32,429 bases of DNA from a virus (taxonomy: Duplodnaviria; Caudoviricetes), in IMG/VR virus record IMGVR_UViG_3300030376_004141, positions 1 to 32,429 of that record; one strand, written 5' to 3'. Both the position numbers and the translations under genes were made by a program. Below are positions 24,229 through 32,429 of this stretch, in pieces (within the stretch, counting starts at the first letter, position 1; the number at the start of each line of letters is the position of its first letter). A model generated the notes under the pieces. The model ran no database searches. It saw only the letters and a program-made list of their open reading frames with translations, and had not been told where the DNA came from.

Positions 24229-25547
24229 TAATACAAGATCTTTCAGAACAACTAATAATAGATAGTTTAGCAGATTATCTAAGCAACATAGAGACAAGGC
24301 GCACTAAAGAGCGTGAATACCTTCTAGATTTTTACGAAGGTTTTAATATCGAGGACTATGTAGGAGAATACTTTGGCTCAGAAAGCCTACAGCAAGTTCC
24401 AACGTACACGCAGAACCTAACGCGCAGAGTATGCAAGGCACGAGGACAAGCTTACAAAAGACCACCTCGTATTAGCGCAGACCCACGCTATAGTGAACTT
24501 GCAGACATACAAGGTCTTAATTCTAAGCGTAGGCAGTTAGAGCAGACTACATTTTTGCTAGGAACGATGGCTTACCGCAGTTTATGGAATGACAAGAGAA
24601 ATAGAGTAGAGTATGAACTACTTCCATTCTTTGAGCCGTTGTTCTTGCCAGGTGAGAAAGAACCGTTTGGTGTTATCTACGCCATTGAGAACGAGGGAAT
24701 GTCTAAGCTTTCAAATCAAGAGTATATTGTATGGACAGCAGACAGAGACGGTATGCCTGGTAAACACTTTGGTATTGATGCGCATGGTGACAAATACTCT
24801 TTTAATGAAGGAGATGTCAATCCCTATGGAATTTTACCAGTATCCTTCTGCCATCGCTACTCTCCGATTCGAGACTTTTGGGTTGGAGATGCTAGTGATG
24901 TAGTAAATGCTGACCTAGCGCTTTCAGTAGCAGCTATGGAGATATCGTTGTGCATTAGGCTTGGTGCTATCGGTGTCAAGTTTGTAACAGGTGTAGATGA
25001 CCGCTCACGCATTTCTATGGGTGTAGATAAGATACTTTATTTACCAGAAGGCGCTAACTTTGGTGTTACAGGCCCAAGCGCTAGTATTGAGGATTTAATT
25101 AAAGGTGCTAAGTATCTTGTAGAGACTACTCTAAACAATAATCAGTTAAGGGTAAAGTTCATTGATTCTCATGGCAACGCAGAATCAGCAGAAGCTTTGA
25201 GAGTACAAGAGATTGACAACTACTCAGAGGTACAAGCTAATATCGAAGACACTTGGAGAGCATGGGAACACAATCGCTATGATATCGACCGCAGGATCAT
25301 TGAAGTGCAAACAGGTCAGAAGTTAAGTGCAGACTATCTAGTAGATTTTGAAGAGCCACAAATTCTATCACCGTCAGAAGAACGAGAGATGTTCTCCTGG
25401 TTATTCCAAAACAAGCTCGCTACGCGCAAATCATATCTAATGCTAAAGAATCCAGATATGCTACCAGAAGACGCTGAAAAGCTACTGGAAGAAGTAGATG
25501 AATCTGAAGGATCAGGGAATAGGCTTTTAGATAGACTGCAAAGCTAA
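24225..25547 (+). CDS. Portal protein
   Basis: 440 aa, directly after TerL; FYEG and SAEALR SPP1-type portal patterns. Confidence 0.8.
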   Translation: MIIQDLSEQLIIDSLADYLSNIETRRTKEREYLLDFYEGFNIEDYVGEYFGSESLQQVPTYTQNLTRRVCKARGQAYKRPPRISADPRYSELADIQGLNSKRRQLEQTTFLLGTMAYRSLWNDKRNRVEYELLPFFEPLFLPGEKEPFGVIYAIENEGMSKLSNQEYIVWTADRDGMPGKHFGIDAHGDKYSFNEGDVNPYGILPVSFCHRYSPIRDFWVGDASDVVNADLALSVAAMEISLCIRLGAIGVKFVTGVDDRSRISMGVDKILYLPEGANFGVTGPSASIEDLIKGAKYLVETTLNNNQLRVKFIDSHGNAESAEALRVQEIDNYSEVQANIEDTWRAWEHNRYDIDRRIIEVQTGQKLSADYLVDFEEPQILSPSEEREMFSWLFQNKLATRKSYLMLKNPDMLPEDAEKLLEEVDESEGSGNRLLDRLQS

Positions 25548-26344
25548 TGCCTTTAGACACTACGATCGACCAAGCGGTCGCAGAGTTTGAGTCTAGCCTT
25601 ACTGAAGCTCAAGATCAATTTACAGAAGATGTAGAAAATTTAAGGGAGCAGGGGTTAACAACAGAAGAGATACTAGTTGTTCTTGGTGGTATTGTTATGG
25701 TCGATTACTGGCTAATTGACCTCAAGATGCAACAAGCGGTCAACAGACTAATGATGTCATTTGACACACTACTTGACGATGCAGTATTTTTTGGTCAAGT
25801 GTCTGAGGCACAGCTAGTAGCCCTTCGTAGAATGCAGCAAGCATCTATCTTGCGTTATGCGAATGACATCGGAGAGAGGGTCAGGCTATCCTTAGTGCAA
25901 GGCGTTCTACAGAAGATGCCTCAGAAAGATATTAGAGCAATGTTACTGCGAGACCTGTCTATCAAACCGTATCAAGTAGACACGATTATCACGACCTCAA
26001 TGGCTACTTACTCTAGGTCGCTTACGCTTTTACAACTAGAAAATAATCCAGAGCAACGCCTGATTTATCAAGGCCCAATGGATTCTAAAACTAGACCTGT
26101 CTGTATACGGATGCTAAAAGAGAATGGGTTGACACAATCCCAGGTAGAATCTAAATATCCAGGCGCTTTACGAGATGGCGGTGGCTTTAATTGTAGGCAT
26201 CAATGGGTTGCATTGTCACCTAAAACGCAAAATAGAGACATACAGCAAAAAGCTAAAGTAGCTTATCAAGGTATGCAAGATAAGGCAAAGAAAAAAGGCA
26301 GAGCATTTAAAGTGCCAAAAACATTAGAAGAGTATTACGGATGA
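25547..26344 (+). CDS. Head morphogenesis/minor capsid protein (SPP1 gp7/Mu gpF-like)
   Basis: GPMDSKTRPVC and GGFNCRH motifs. Confidence 0.75.
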   Translation: MPLDTTIDQAVAEFESSLTEAQDQFTEDVENLREQGLTTEEILVVLGGIVMVDYWLIDLKMQQAVNRLMMSFDTLLDDAVFFGQVSEAQLVALRRMQQASILRYANDIGERVRLSLVQGVLQKMPQKDIRAMLLRDLSIKPYQVDTIITTSMATYSRSLTLLQLENNPEQRLIYQGPMDSKTRPVCIRMLKENGLTQSQVESKYPGALRDGGGFNCRHQWVALSPKTQNRDIQQKAKVAYQGMQDKAKKKGRAFKVPKTLEEYYG

Positions 26345-26838
26345 TTAATTTTGAAAAAGCGTTCTCTTTTAGTAAAGAGTTTTTTACTGCATTAGGTAAA
26401 AGCGTAGCAAAAAGACATAAGCGTTCTATTTTTAAAAAAGGTCTAGATCAACACGGTAGACCTTTCAAAGCGTATACCCCAGCTTACAAGAAACAAAAGA
26501 TAAAGCAAGGTGGTAGTCCAAATGTCAATTTGACTTTATCAGGAGAGATGAAAAGATCATTTGAGTTTATAAGTGCAGATAAAAATGGATTTAACTATGG
26601 AATTAAAGGAGATGAAACACGCAAAGGTTCAATGGCAGAGCGTATGGATTTTCAAGGAGACAGAAAAAAGCCAAGAAAAGACGGTAGTTTTGCACGAAGA
26701 TTTACAACAACCAAAAAAAGCCCTACACCTCCTGCCGAGCAAGAAATGATTGGTAAAGAAATGGCACAAGAAGTAGTCAAAAGCTTTACTAAGGAATTAA
26801 GAAAAAACGGCATGGGTTATAAGGTATACACCATATAG
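26341..26838 (+). CDS. Virion morphogenesis/neck protein (Mu gpG-like)
   Basis: G.D..G.PFK.Y..AY and NLTLSGEM..S motifs. Confidence 0.6.
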   Translation: MINFEKAFSFSKEFFTALGKSVAKRHKRSIFKKGLDQHGRPFKAYTPAYKKQKIKQGGSPNVNLTLSGEMKRSFEFISADKNGFNYGIKGDETRKGSMAERMDFQGDRKKPRKDGSFARRFTTTKKSPTPPAEQEMIGKEMAQEVVKSFTKELRKNGMGYKVYTI

Positions 26839-26846
26839 GAGAAATT

Positions 26847-27377
26847 ATGGAAACGGACTCTAAAGTAGTCGCTCAGAAAGAGCAACCTGTAGAACAAGGT
26901 AATGTTCAAGAAAGTACCGACAGCAGCGCTGATGTTGGGCAACTTATCGCAGATGCGAAAAAATACAGACACCAGCGCCAGGAAGCTGAAGCAAAGGTAA
27001 AGGAATTGCAAGGTCAACTCGATGAAAAAGATGAAGCAGAAATGCAGAAGAACAACGAGTGGCAGGATCTAGCTACCAAGTACAAGTCTGAACGAGACGA
27101 GTACAAATCTCAGGCAGAAGAAGGTATGCAGATTAAAGAATCTGTACGAAAAGACCTTCTTAATCAGTTATCTGACGAGGATCGAGAATTTGCGATTGAT
27201 CTGCCGACTGAAAAGTTGCAGAAATTCGTAACGCGATCATTTAATCAGAAAGTTAATACGAATGAATCGTACTCTACACCAATGCCAGATCGCTCTGTCA
27301 ATCCGTTTGCGGAAATGAACAAGGACGAGAGGCGCAGGAATTGGAGTAAGGTTCTTTCAAATTACGCTAAAAAATAG
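26847..27377 (+). CDS. Capsid scaffolding protein
   Basis: Acidic coiled coil with AKKYR, directly upstream of the major capsid gene. Confidence 0.75.
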   Translation: METDSKVVAQKEQPVEQGNVQESTDSSADVGQLIADAKKYRHQRQEAEAKVKELQGQLDEKDEAEMQKNNEWQDLATKYKSERDEYKSQAEEGMQIKESVRKDLLNQLSDEDREFAIDLPTEKLQKFVTRSFNQKVNTNESYSTPMPDRSVNPFAEMNKDERRRNWSKVLSNYAKK

Positions 27378-27398
27378 CGTGGAAAGTAGTAAATAACT

Positions 27399-28271
27399 AT
27401 GGCATTATCAGAAAATTTTGCTGGTGCATCGGTTACCACTACCACAGCTGCTAATTTTATACCTGAGATTTGGACAGATGGTGTTCAAGCATATCTTGAG
27501 CGCAATCTTGTGTTTGAGCAATGTGTTGACACATCTCTAAATGGCCTTGTCAAAGGTAACAAGGGTGATACCTACCACATCCCTAAACTAGCAGAGGTAA
27601 GTGATGCCGCTAAAGCAGCAGAAACACTAGTAACTTACGCAGCTTCAACTCATGCAAAAGCCGATCTTACGATCGATCAGCATCGTTACGCTGCAAAACT
27701 CGTTGAGGACATAGCAAGTGTCCAGTCTATCCCTGGCCTTTTTGAAAAAGAAGTTAGTGGAATGGCTTACGCTCTTGCTAAGACCTATGACGCATTTATT
27801 GAGTCAAAAGTTGAAGCGGCTACGACTAACAGTACCGCTTTAGGAAATGACAACGTAATCACAGCAGCCGAAATCAGAGGCGGAATGAAGACTTTGATGG
27901 AAGCTGATGTAGACACAAATGAGTGTCACTTTGTTGTTTCTCCTGCATTGTATACTGCAATGCTCGGAATCAGCGATTTCGTAGATGCTTCTAAAATGGG
28001 CGCAGGCCCATCAGGATTGAAAAATGGTCAAATAGGAATGCTTTACGGTATGCCTGTTCTCCACTCAACAGTCATGGGAACATCAGGCTCAACTGGCGTA
28101 GAAGTTGGATATATTTTCCATCCATCTGCTGTTAGTGCAGCTAGACAACTAGAACCAAGAGTACAAGCTGAGTACAGCGTGGACTTCTTAGGTACTAAGG
28201 TTGTCACCGATATGCTTTACGGAGCAGTCACAGTTTTTGAGGATAGAATCCAAGAGTTCAAGAATCCTTAA
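27399..28271 (+). CDS. Major capsid protein (HK97 fold)
   Basis: FIPEIW, GDTYHIP, LTIDQ, GQIGMLYGMPV, D.LYG motifs. Confidence 0.9.
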   Translation: MALSENFAGASVTTTTAANFIPEIWTDGVQAYLERNLVFEQCVDTSLNGLVKGNKGDTYHIPKLAEVSDAAKAAETLVTYAASTHAKADLTIDQHRYAAKLVEDIASVQSIPGLFEKEVSGMAYALAKTYDAFIESKVEAATTNSTALGNDNVITAAEIRGGMKTLMEADVDTNECHFVVSPALYTAMLGISDFVDASKMGAGPSGLKNGQIGMLYGMPVLHSTVMGTSGSTGVEVGYIFHPSAVSAARQLEPRVQAEYSVDFLGTKVVTDMLYGAVTVFEDRIQEFKNP

Positions 28272-28288
28272 TCACTAATAGGAGTTAT

Positions 28289-28317
28289 ATGGGGGCTTTT
28301 ACTAGCCCCCATTCCTT
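28289..28317 (+). terminator. Hairpin/terminator after the capsid gene
   Basis: ATGGGGGCT-tttact-AGCCCCCAT 9-bp stem; weak U-tract, so probably leaky. Confidence 0.6.
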
Positions 28318-28322
28318 AAGAT

Positions 28323-28589
28323 ATGGCAATAAAAAGAAAACCACTTAGCGCAACAGTAAGAAAAACTTTAATGGCTAAAGCTAGAAAAAGCCGTTACGCT
28401 TACTCTACGCTATCAAAAGTTTATAGAAGAGGTCAAGGTGCGTATTTAAGTGCAGGATCTAGACCAAAGGCAAGTATGGCAGCCTGGAGTATGGGGAGAG
28501 TCAACAGCTTTCTTCGTGGTTCAAGAAAGCATGATTTAGATTTAAGGAGAAAATCTCGTGTCAAAAAGAAGAAGAGTCGCAAAAGATAA
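28323..28589 (+). CDS. Basic protein with VYRRG..A....GSRP...W..GRVNSF motif (DUF5824-like, from recall)
   Basis: Motif recognition; K/R-rich. Confidence 0.65.
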   Translation: MAIKRKPLSATVRKTLMAKARKSRYAYSTLSKVYRRGQGAYLSAGSRPKASMAAWSMGRVNSFLRGSRKHDLDLRRKSRVKKKKSRKR

Positions 28590-28737
28590 AAAAACTGGAC
28601 TACCAAAAAAATACTTATCTGGTTTAAAAGGTAGAAAGCGAAGAAAAAGAGCAAGTTTAATTAAGAAAATGTCAAAGCTATATAAGTCAGGTAAGAAAAT
28701 ATCAAAATCAATGTTTAAGGCTAGGACAGGTTACTAA
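28558..28737 (+). CDS. 59-aa basic protein (MSKRRRVAKDKKTGLPKKYLSGL...ARTGY)
   Basis: AAGGAG RBS, GTG start, TAATG coupling; not in the ORF track. Confidence 0.7.
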   Translation: MSKRRRVAKDKKTGLPKKYLSGLKGRKRRKRASLIKKMSKLYKSGKKISKSMFKARTGY

Positions 28738-28916
28738 TGGCTACAAATCTAAAAGGTATAAGCTTAAAAGGTTTAACATCGCGACAAAAAAGTCAAATGC
28801 AAAGACATAAAACACACCACACAAAAAAGCACTTGGCAAAAATGGCAACAGCGATGCGAAAGGGTAAGACTTTTTCTCAAAGTCATAGAATTGCTCAAAG
28901 AGCTGTAGGTAGGTAA
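28737..28916 (+). CDS. 59-aa His/Lys-rich protein (…HKTHHTKKHLAKM…GKTFSQSHRIAQRAVGR)
   Basis: Coupled at both ends; not in the ORF track. Confidence 0.7.
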   Translation: MATNLKGISLKGLTSRQKSQMQRHKTHHTKKHLAKMATAMRKGKTFSQSHRIAQRAVGR

Positions 28917-29189
28917 GTGGCAATAAATTACAGGGGTGTACGTTTTTCTGGTTATAATAAGCCAAAAAGAACACCCAAACACAAAACAAAAAGTCACGCA
29001 GTTCTGGCAAAGTCAGGCTCAAAGGTAAAATTAATTCGCTTTGGCCAGCAGGGCGTAAGTGGCGCTGGTAAGAATCCTAAATCAAAAGCACAAAGAGCAA
29101 GGCGTAAATCATTTTTAGCTAGACATCGTAAGAATATAGCTAAAGGTAAGATGAGCGCTGCGTATTGGGCTGCAAAGGTTAAATGGTAA
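28917..29189 (+). CDS. Basic protein with IRFGQQG...RRKSF.ARH...SAAYWA motif
   Basis: GTG start after AGGT; motif I recall from aquatic phage proteins. Confidence 0.7.
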   Translation: MAINYRGVRFSGYNKPKRTPKHKTKSHAVLAKSGSKVKLIRFGQQGVSGAGKNPKSKAQRARRKSFLARHRKNIAKGKMSAAYWAAKVKW

Positions 29190-29404
29190 TGTTTAGAACT
29201 TTCGATTATGAATGCAGTAAATGCGAAGACACATTTGAGATAATGACCAAAGTGGATGAGACTGCTACTTGTGAATGTGGTAACACTAATTTAAAAAAAC
29301 TTATGAGTGGGCCTTTATTCAAGCTTAAAGGTGGCGGTTGGCCTGGAAAAGAGTTTAAAGCTCAGTCTGACTGCAAACGTATGGCTAAAGGTCAAAAGAT
29401 ATAG
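29189..29404 (+). CDS. FmdB-family zinc-ribbon protein
   Basis: FDYECSKC...CECG...KKLMS.P.FKLKG.GW; ATG 29189 overlaps the previous stop. Confidence 0.75.
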   Translation: MFRTFDYECSKCEDTFEIMTKVDETATCECGNTNLKKLMSGPLFKLKGGGWPGKEFKAQSDCKRMAKGQKI

Positions 29405-29437
29405 ATGTAGTCTAATCGCCATTTAATTGAAGTCTAT
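29404..29437 (+). promoter_or_regulatory. Putative late promoter motif, copy 2
   Basis: GATGTAGTCTAAT-N13-AAGTCTAT upstream of the fibre gene. Confidence 0.55.
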
Positions 29438-29453
29438 TAACAGGGGAATATAA

Positions 29454-32429
29454 ATGGCTAATTATAATTCAGATTATACTGGCGCTCAAATTGACAGCGC
29501 AGTATCCAGAGCAAATTCAAGCGATGTGACCGCAGGAACGGTTGCAGCTAGTAAAGCTGTTGTTGTCGATTCTAACAAAGATATCACAGGATTTCGGCAC
29601 ATTACCGCTACAGGAACGGTTACAGCAGCGAATGTATCGCTTACTGGCAACGTAGATTTAGGAGATGCTTCTGGAGATACGGTCACCATAACAGGGTCAA
29701 TCGATTCTAATCTTATACCAGCGACAGATGACACTTATGATTTAGGGTCAACTAGTAACGCTTGGCAAGATCTCTTCTTAGAAGGAGACATAAATTTTTC
29801 AGATGGAGCGCAAATAGATGTAGCTAGTGGTGATTTTACACTAGACGTAGCAGGAGATATAGAATTTAATGCAGATGGCGGAGACTTTAGCTTTAAAGAT
29901 GATTCGTCTACTTACGCAACCATTACTTCAAGTGGTATTACTACAGCAAATACTGTTTCATTTGGCAGTATAACTGACGGATCTATAACCATCACGGCTT
30001 TTGTAGATGAAGATGGTATGGACTCTAACTCTGCCACACTCGTACCTACACAACAATCAGTTAAGGCCTATGTAGATGCACAGGTAACAGCCCAAGATTT
30101 AGACTTCCAGGGTGACTCAGGTGGAGCATTATCTATTGATTTAGATAGTGAAACTTTAGATATAGCTGGTGATGGTGCTGGTATATCAACTGCTGGTAGT
30201 AGTAATCAAATCACAATTAGTGCTGATCACGATGCTCTTACAAACTTTGTAGCCAATGAACATATTGATCACAGCTCAGTAACTTTAACTGCTGGAAATG
30301 GTTTAAGTGGTGGTGGAGATATAACAACCTCAAGAAGTTTTGCAGTTGATCTTAACGAACTTGCAACTGAAACAAGCATAGCAGATGCAGACTTTATTGC
30401 AATGGTAGATGCTACGGATAATGGCTCTGGTAAAATAACTTTTGAAAACTTAGAAGATGCGATCTTTGCTTCTGTATCTGGTGATATAGCCATAGCAGAA
30501 GATGGAACTGCAACTATTCAAGCTAATAGTGTTGCGATGGCTACCGATACAACTGGTGATTTTGTAAACAGCATAACGGCTGGAACTGGAATTACATCTA
30601 CTGGAGCAACAAGTGGCGAGAACATTTCTCATTCATTGAGTGTAGATGCAGCTCAAACTCAGATAACAAGCGTTGGAACTTTAAATGCTGGAGCAATTAG
30701 CTCTGGATTCGGTGCGATTGATATTGGATCAAGCAACTTTACAACAACTGGAACATTAGACATATCTGGAGGTACTTTAACTTTAGCAGATAATCAAATA
30801 TCTGGAAACAAAGTAGAAGGTGGCACGATAGCAGCAGTTACAATATCAGCTTTGACTACTGCTGGAATATCTGCCTCAACAGACTTAGATATTGGCTCTC
30901 ATGGATTTAGAGCCTCAACATTAACAGCCGATTCACAAACTTCTGGCAGAGTAGCTATTTATGGAGCTAATGGTTTATTAACAGAAGATTCTGATCTTAC
31001 ATTTTCTGGATCAACTCTATCTGCTACAAATGTAAATATAAGTGGAACACTAACAACAACAGGTTCTGTTCAAGAAGTTTCTACAACAAATCTTAATGTA
31101 GAAGATCCATTAATCCTTTTAAATAAATATGATTCACAGCCTGCTAATAACGGATTTGATGCTGGTATAGTAATTAAAAGAGGTTCTAGTGATTCAGCCC
31201 CAGCAAATGTCGCTTTTATATTTGATGAATCTGCTAATCAGTTTGCATTGATAGATACGGATGAGGATGGCACAACTGCTGGAGATGTTACTATAACAGA
31301 TTATGAAAATTTAAGAATCGGTGCTTTAACAGCAGATGATGCCTCAACATTTTCAAGCACAATTTCAGCAGCAACAGGATCTACGATTGGCAACTTAACT
31401 TTAGCCAATGGATCAATAACAGATTCATCTGGAGCAATAAGTTTTGGTAATGAGAATTTATCAACCTCTGGAACATTAGGGGCTGGAGCAATTACTGGTA
31501 CAAGTTTCACTATAGGATCAGCAAGTATAAGCGAAGCTGAATTAGAAATTATAGATGGTGCAAACATAACAACAGCAGAATTAAATATAATTGATGGAGA
31601 TACAAGTGCAGTTAGTACAACTGTTGCAGATGCTGATCGTGTAGTTATGAACGATGGTGGTGTGATGAAACAGGTAGCAGTTACCGATCTCGCATCTTAC
31701 TTTGATGATGAGATTACAGCAATGCCTAATCTTGTAACAACTGGTGCTATAAACTCAGGTTCAATTACAAGTGGATTTGGAAGCATTGATATAGGTTCAT
31801 CAACTTTCAATACAACAGGAACTGGAACATTTGGAACTGTTCAACTAAGCACACTACAAAGCAATGCTACTGATGCAGGATTTACCTTGTCAATGCTTGA
31901 CAACAACGCATCAGCTATATCTTTCAAACAAGCTACAAATGAATACATGAAGTTTGTAACTACTGACGGAAGTGAAAAGATTGTCATTTCAAAGGAATTA
32001 GATATAAATAGCACTTCAGACTTTGGCTCAAACGCTATGACCAACGTCAATATTGACTCTGGTACTATCAATGGAACAACTATTACATCAAGCGTAGATA
32101 TTGTTATTGATACAGCAGGAAAAGGTTTAGCTGATGAAGCAGGCAACAATATCTTAGAACGTACAGCAGGTGGATATATAACTATTGGTGATAGTGGTTG
32201 GAATGAGATAAGATTAAATACTACTGGTTCAACTGATTTTAAAATTGATAATAGTGGAGATGCTACTTTTGCAGGCACAGTAACAACCACAGGTGCAGTC
32301 ACAGCTAATGGTAATGATTATATGCTTAGAGCAGTTAGTTCAAGCACAACAGATGGTCACGCATCTAGAATGAGTGCAGAAACAGGAGTAGCTCAAGGCA
32401 AAATAGAAATTGATTTTTTCAATGACAGT
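29454..32429 (+). CDS. Large tail-fibre/virion fibre protein, partial (at least 992 codons, runs off the window)
   Basis: AGGGGA RBS, ATG 29454 (MANYNSDYTGAQIDSAV); G/T/S/D-rich with PTQQSVKAYVD and internal repeats; in frame at every point spot-checked and at the window end. Confidence 0.85.
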   Translation, partial: MANYNSDYTGAQIDSAVSRANSSDVTAGTVAASKAVVVDSNKDITGFRHITATGTVTAANVSLTGNVDLGDASGDTVTITGSIDSNLIPATDDTYDLGSTSNAWQDLFLEGDINFSDGAQIDVASGDFTLDVAGDIEFNADGGDFSFKDDSSTYATITSSGITTANTVSFGSITDGSITITAFVDEDGMDSNSATLVPTQQSVKAYVDAQVTAQDLDFQGDSGGALSIDLDSETLDIAGDGAGISTAGSSNQITISADHDALTNFVANEHIDHSSVTLTAGNGLSGGGDITTSRSFAVDLNELATETSIADADFIAMVDATDNGSGKITFENLEDAIFASVSGDIAIAEDGTATIQANSVAMATDTTGDFVNSITAGTGITSTGATSGENISHSLSVDAAQTQITSVGTLNAGAISSGFGAIDIGSSNFTTTGTLDISGGTLTLADNQISGNKVEGGTIAAVTISALTTAGISASTDLDIGSHGFRASTLTADSQTSGRVAIYGANGLLTEDSDLTFSGSTLSATNVNISGTLTTTGSVQEVSTTNLNVEDPLILLNKYDSQPANNGFDAGIVIKRGSSDSAPANVAFIFDESANQFALIDTDEDGTTAGDVTITDYENLRIGALTADDASTFSSTISAATGSTIGNLTLANGSITDSSGAISFGNENLSTSGTLGAGAITGTSFTIGSASISEAELEIIDGANITTAELNIIDGDTSAVSTTVADADRVVMNDGGVMKQVAVTDLASYFDDEITAMPNLVTTGAINSGSITSGFGSIDIGSSTFNTTGTGTFGTVQLSTLQSNATDAGFTLSMLDNNASAISFKQATNEYMKFVTTDGSEKIVISKELDINSTSDFGSNAMTNVNIDSGTINGTTITSSVDIVIDTAGKGLADEAGNNILERTAGGYITIGDSGWNEIRLNTTGSTDFKIDNSGDATFAGTVTTTGAVTANGNDYMLRAVSSSTTDGHASRMSAETGVAQGKIEIDFFNDS

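Noticed and set aside
266-27017. Other short antisense or nested ORFs in the track (e.g. 266, 524, 6793, 7060, 9096, 13773, 16730, 23238, 23570, 24613)
   Set aside because: They lie within well-supported genes and show no recognisable motifs.
28433-29022. Hydrophobic minus-strand ORFs as membrane proteins
   Set aside because: Phe/Leu richness is the mirror of Lys/Arg codons in the coupled + strand basic genes.
29486-32302. Minus-strand ORFs at 29486, 30269, 30450, 31301 and 31841
   Set aside because: Antisense shadows of the large + strand fibre gene.
1-32429. tRNA genes, diversity-generating retroelement, alternative genetic code
   Set aside because: By eye I found no T-loop/cloverleaf, no reverse transcriptase and no TR/VR pair; genes tile densely in the standard code using all three stop codons.

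Overview
The window is most of the genome of an AT-rich tailed dsDNA phage with siphovirus-like tail genes and a tyrosine recombinase. The gene families resemble those of uncultured aquatic phages; the host cannot be determined from the sequence. Order: lysis and small membrane proteins (1-2250); neck and tail genes including a -1 frameshifting chaperone and the tape measure protein (2503-11377); integrase (-); a rightward Cro/replication operon with SSB, Hjc-type resolvase, Nmad1/DUF1599, GIY-YIG, PD-(D/E)xK exonuclease, primase and helicase (12613-18162); an iteron palindrome (likely origin); a leftward array of small early genes joined by repeated junction sequences, including a short C5-MTase (18720-21900); a sigma-region-4-like regulator, terminase, portal, head genes and major capsid (22247-28271); four extremely basic small proteins; and a >990-aa fibre gene that runs off the window and is absent from the ORF track. 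The most notable unexplained signals are the repeat-junction gene array, a twice-occurring late-promoter-like motif, a bistable RNA hairpin, a pair of related Cys4 proteins, a dispersed TGAC-N5-GTCA motif, an apparently split primase TOPRIM domain and the protamine-like gene cluster. All family assignments come from recognising motifs by eye; no database searches were run.
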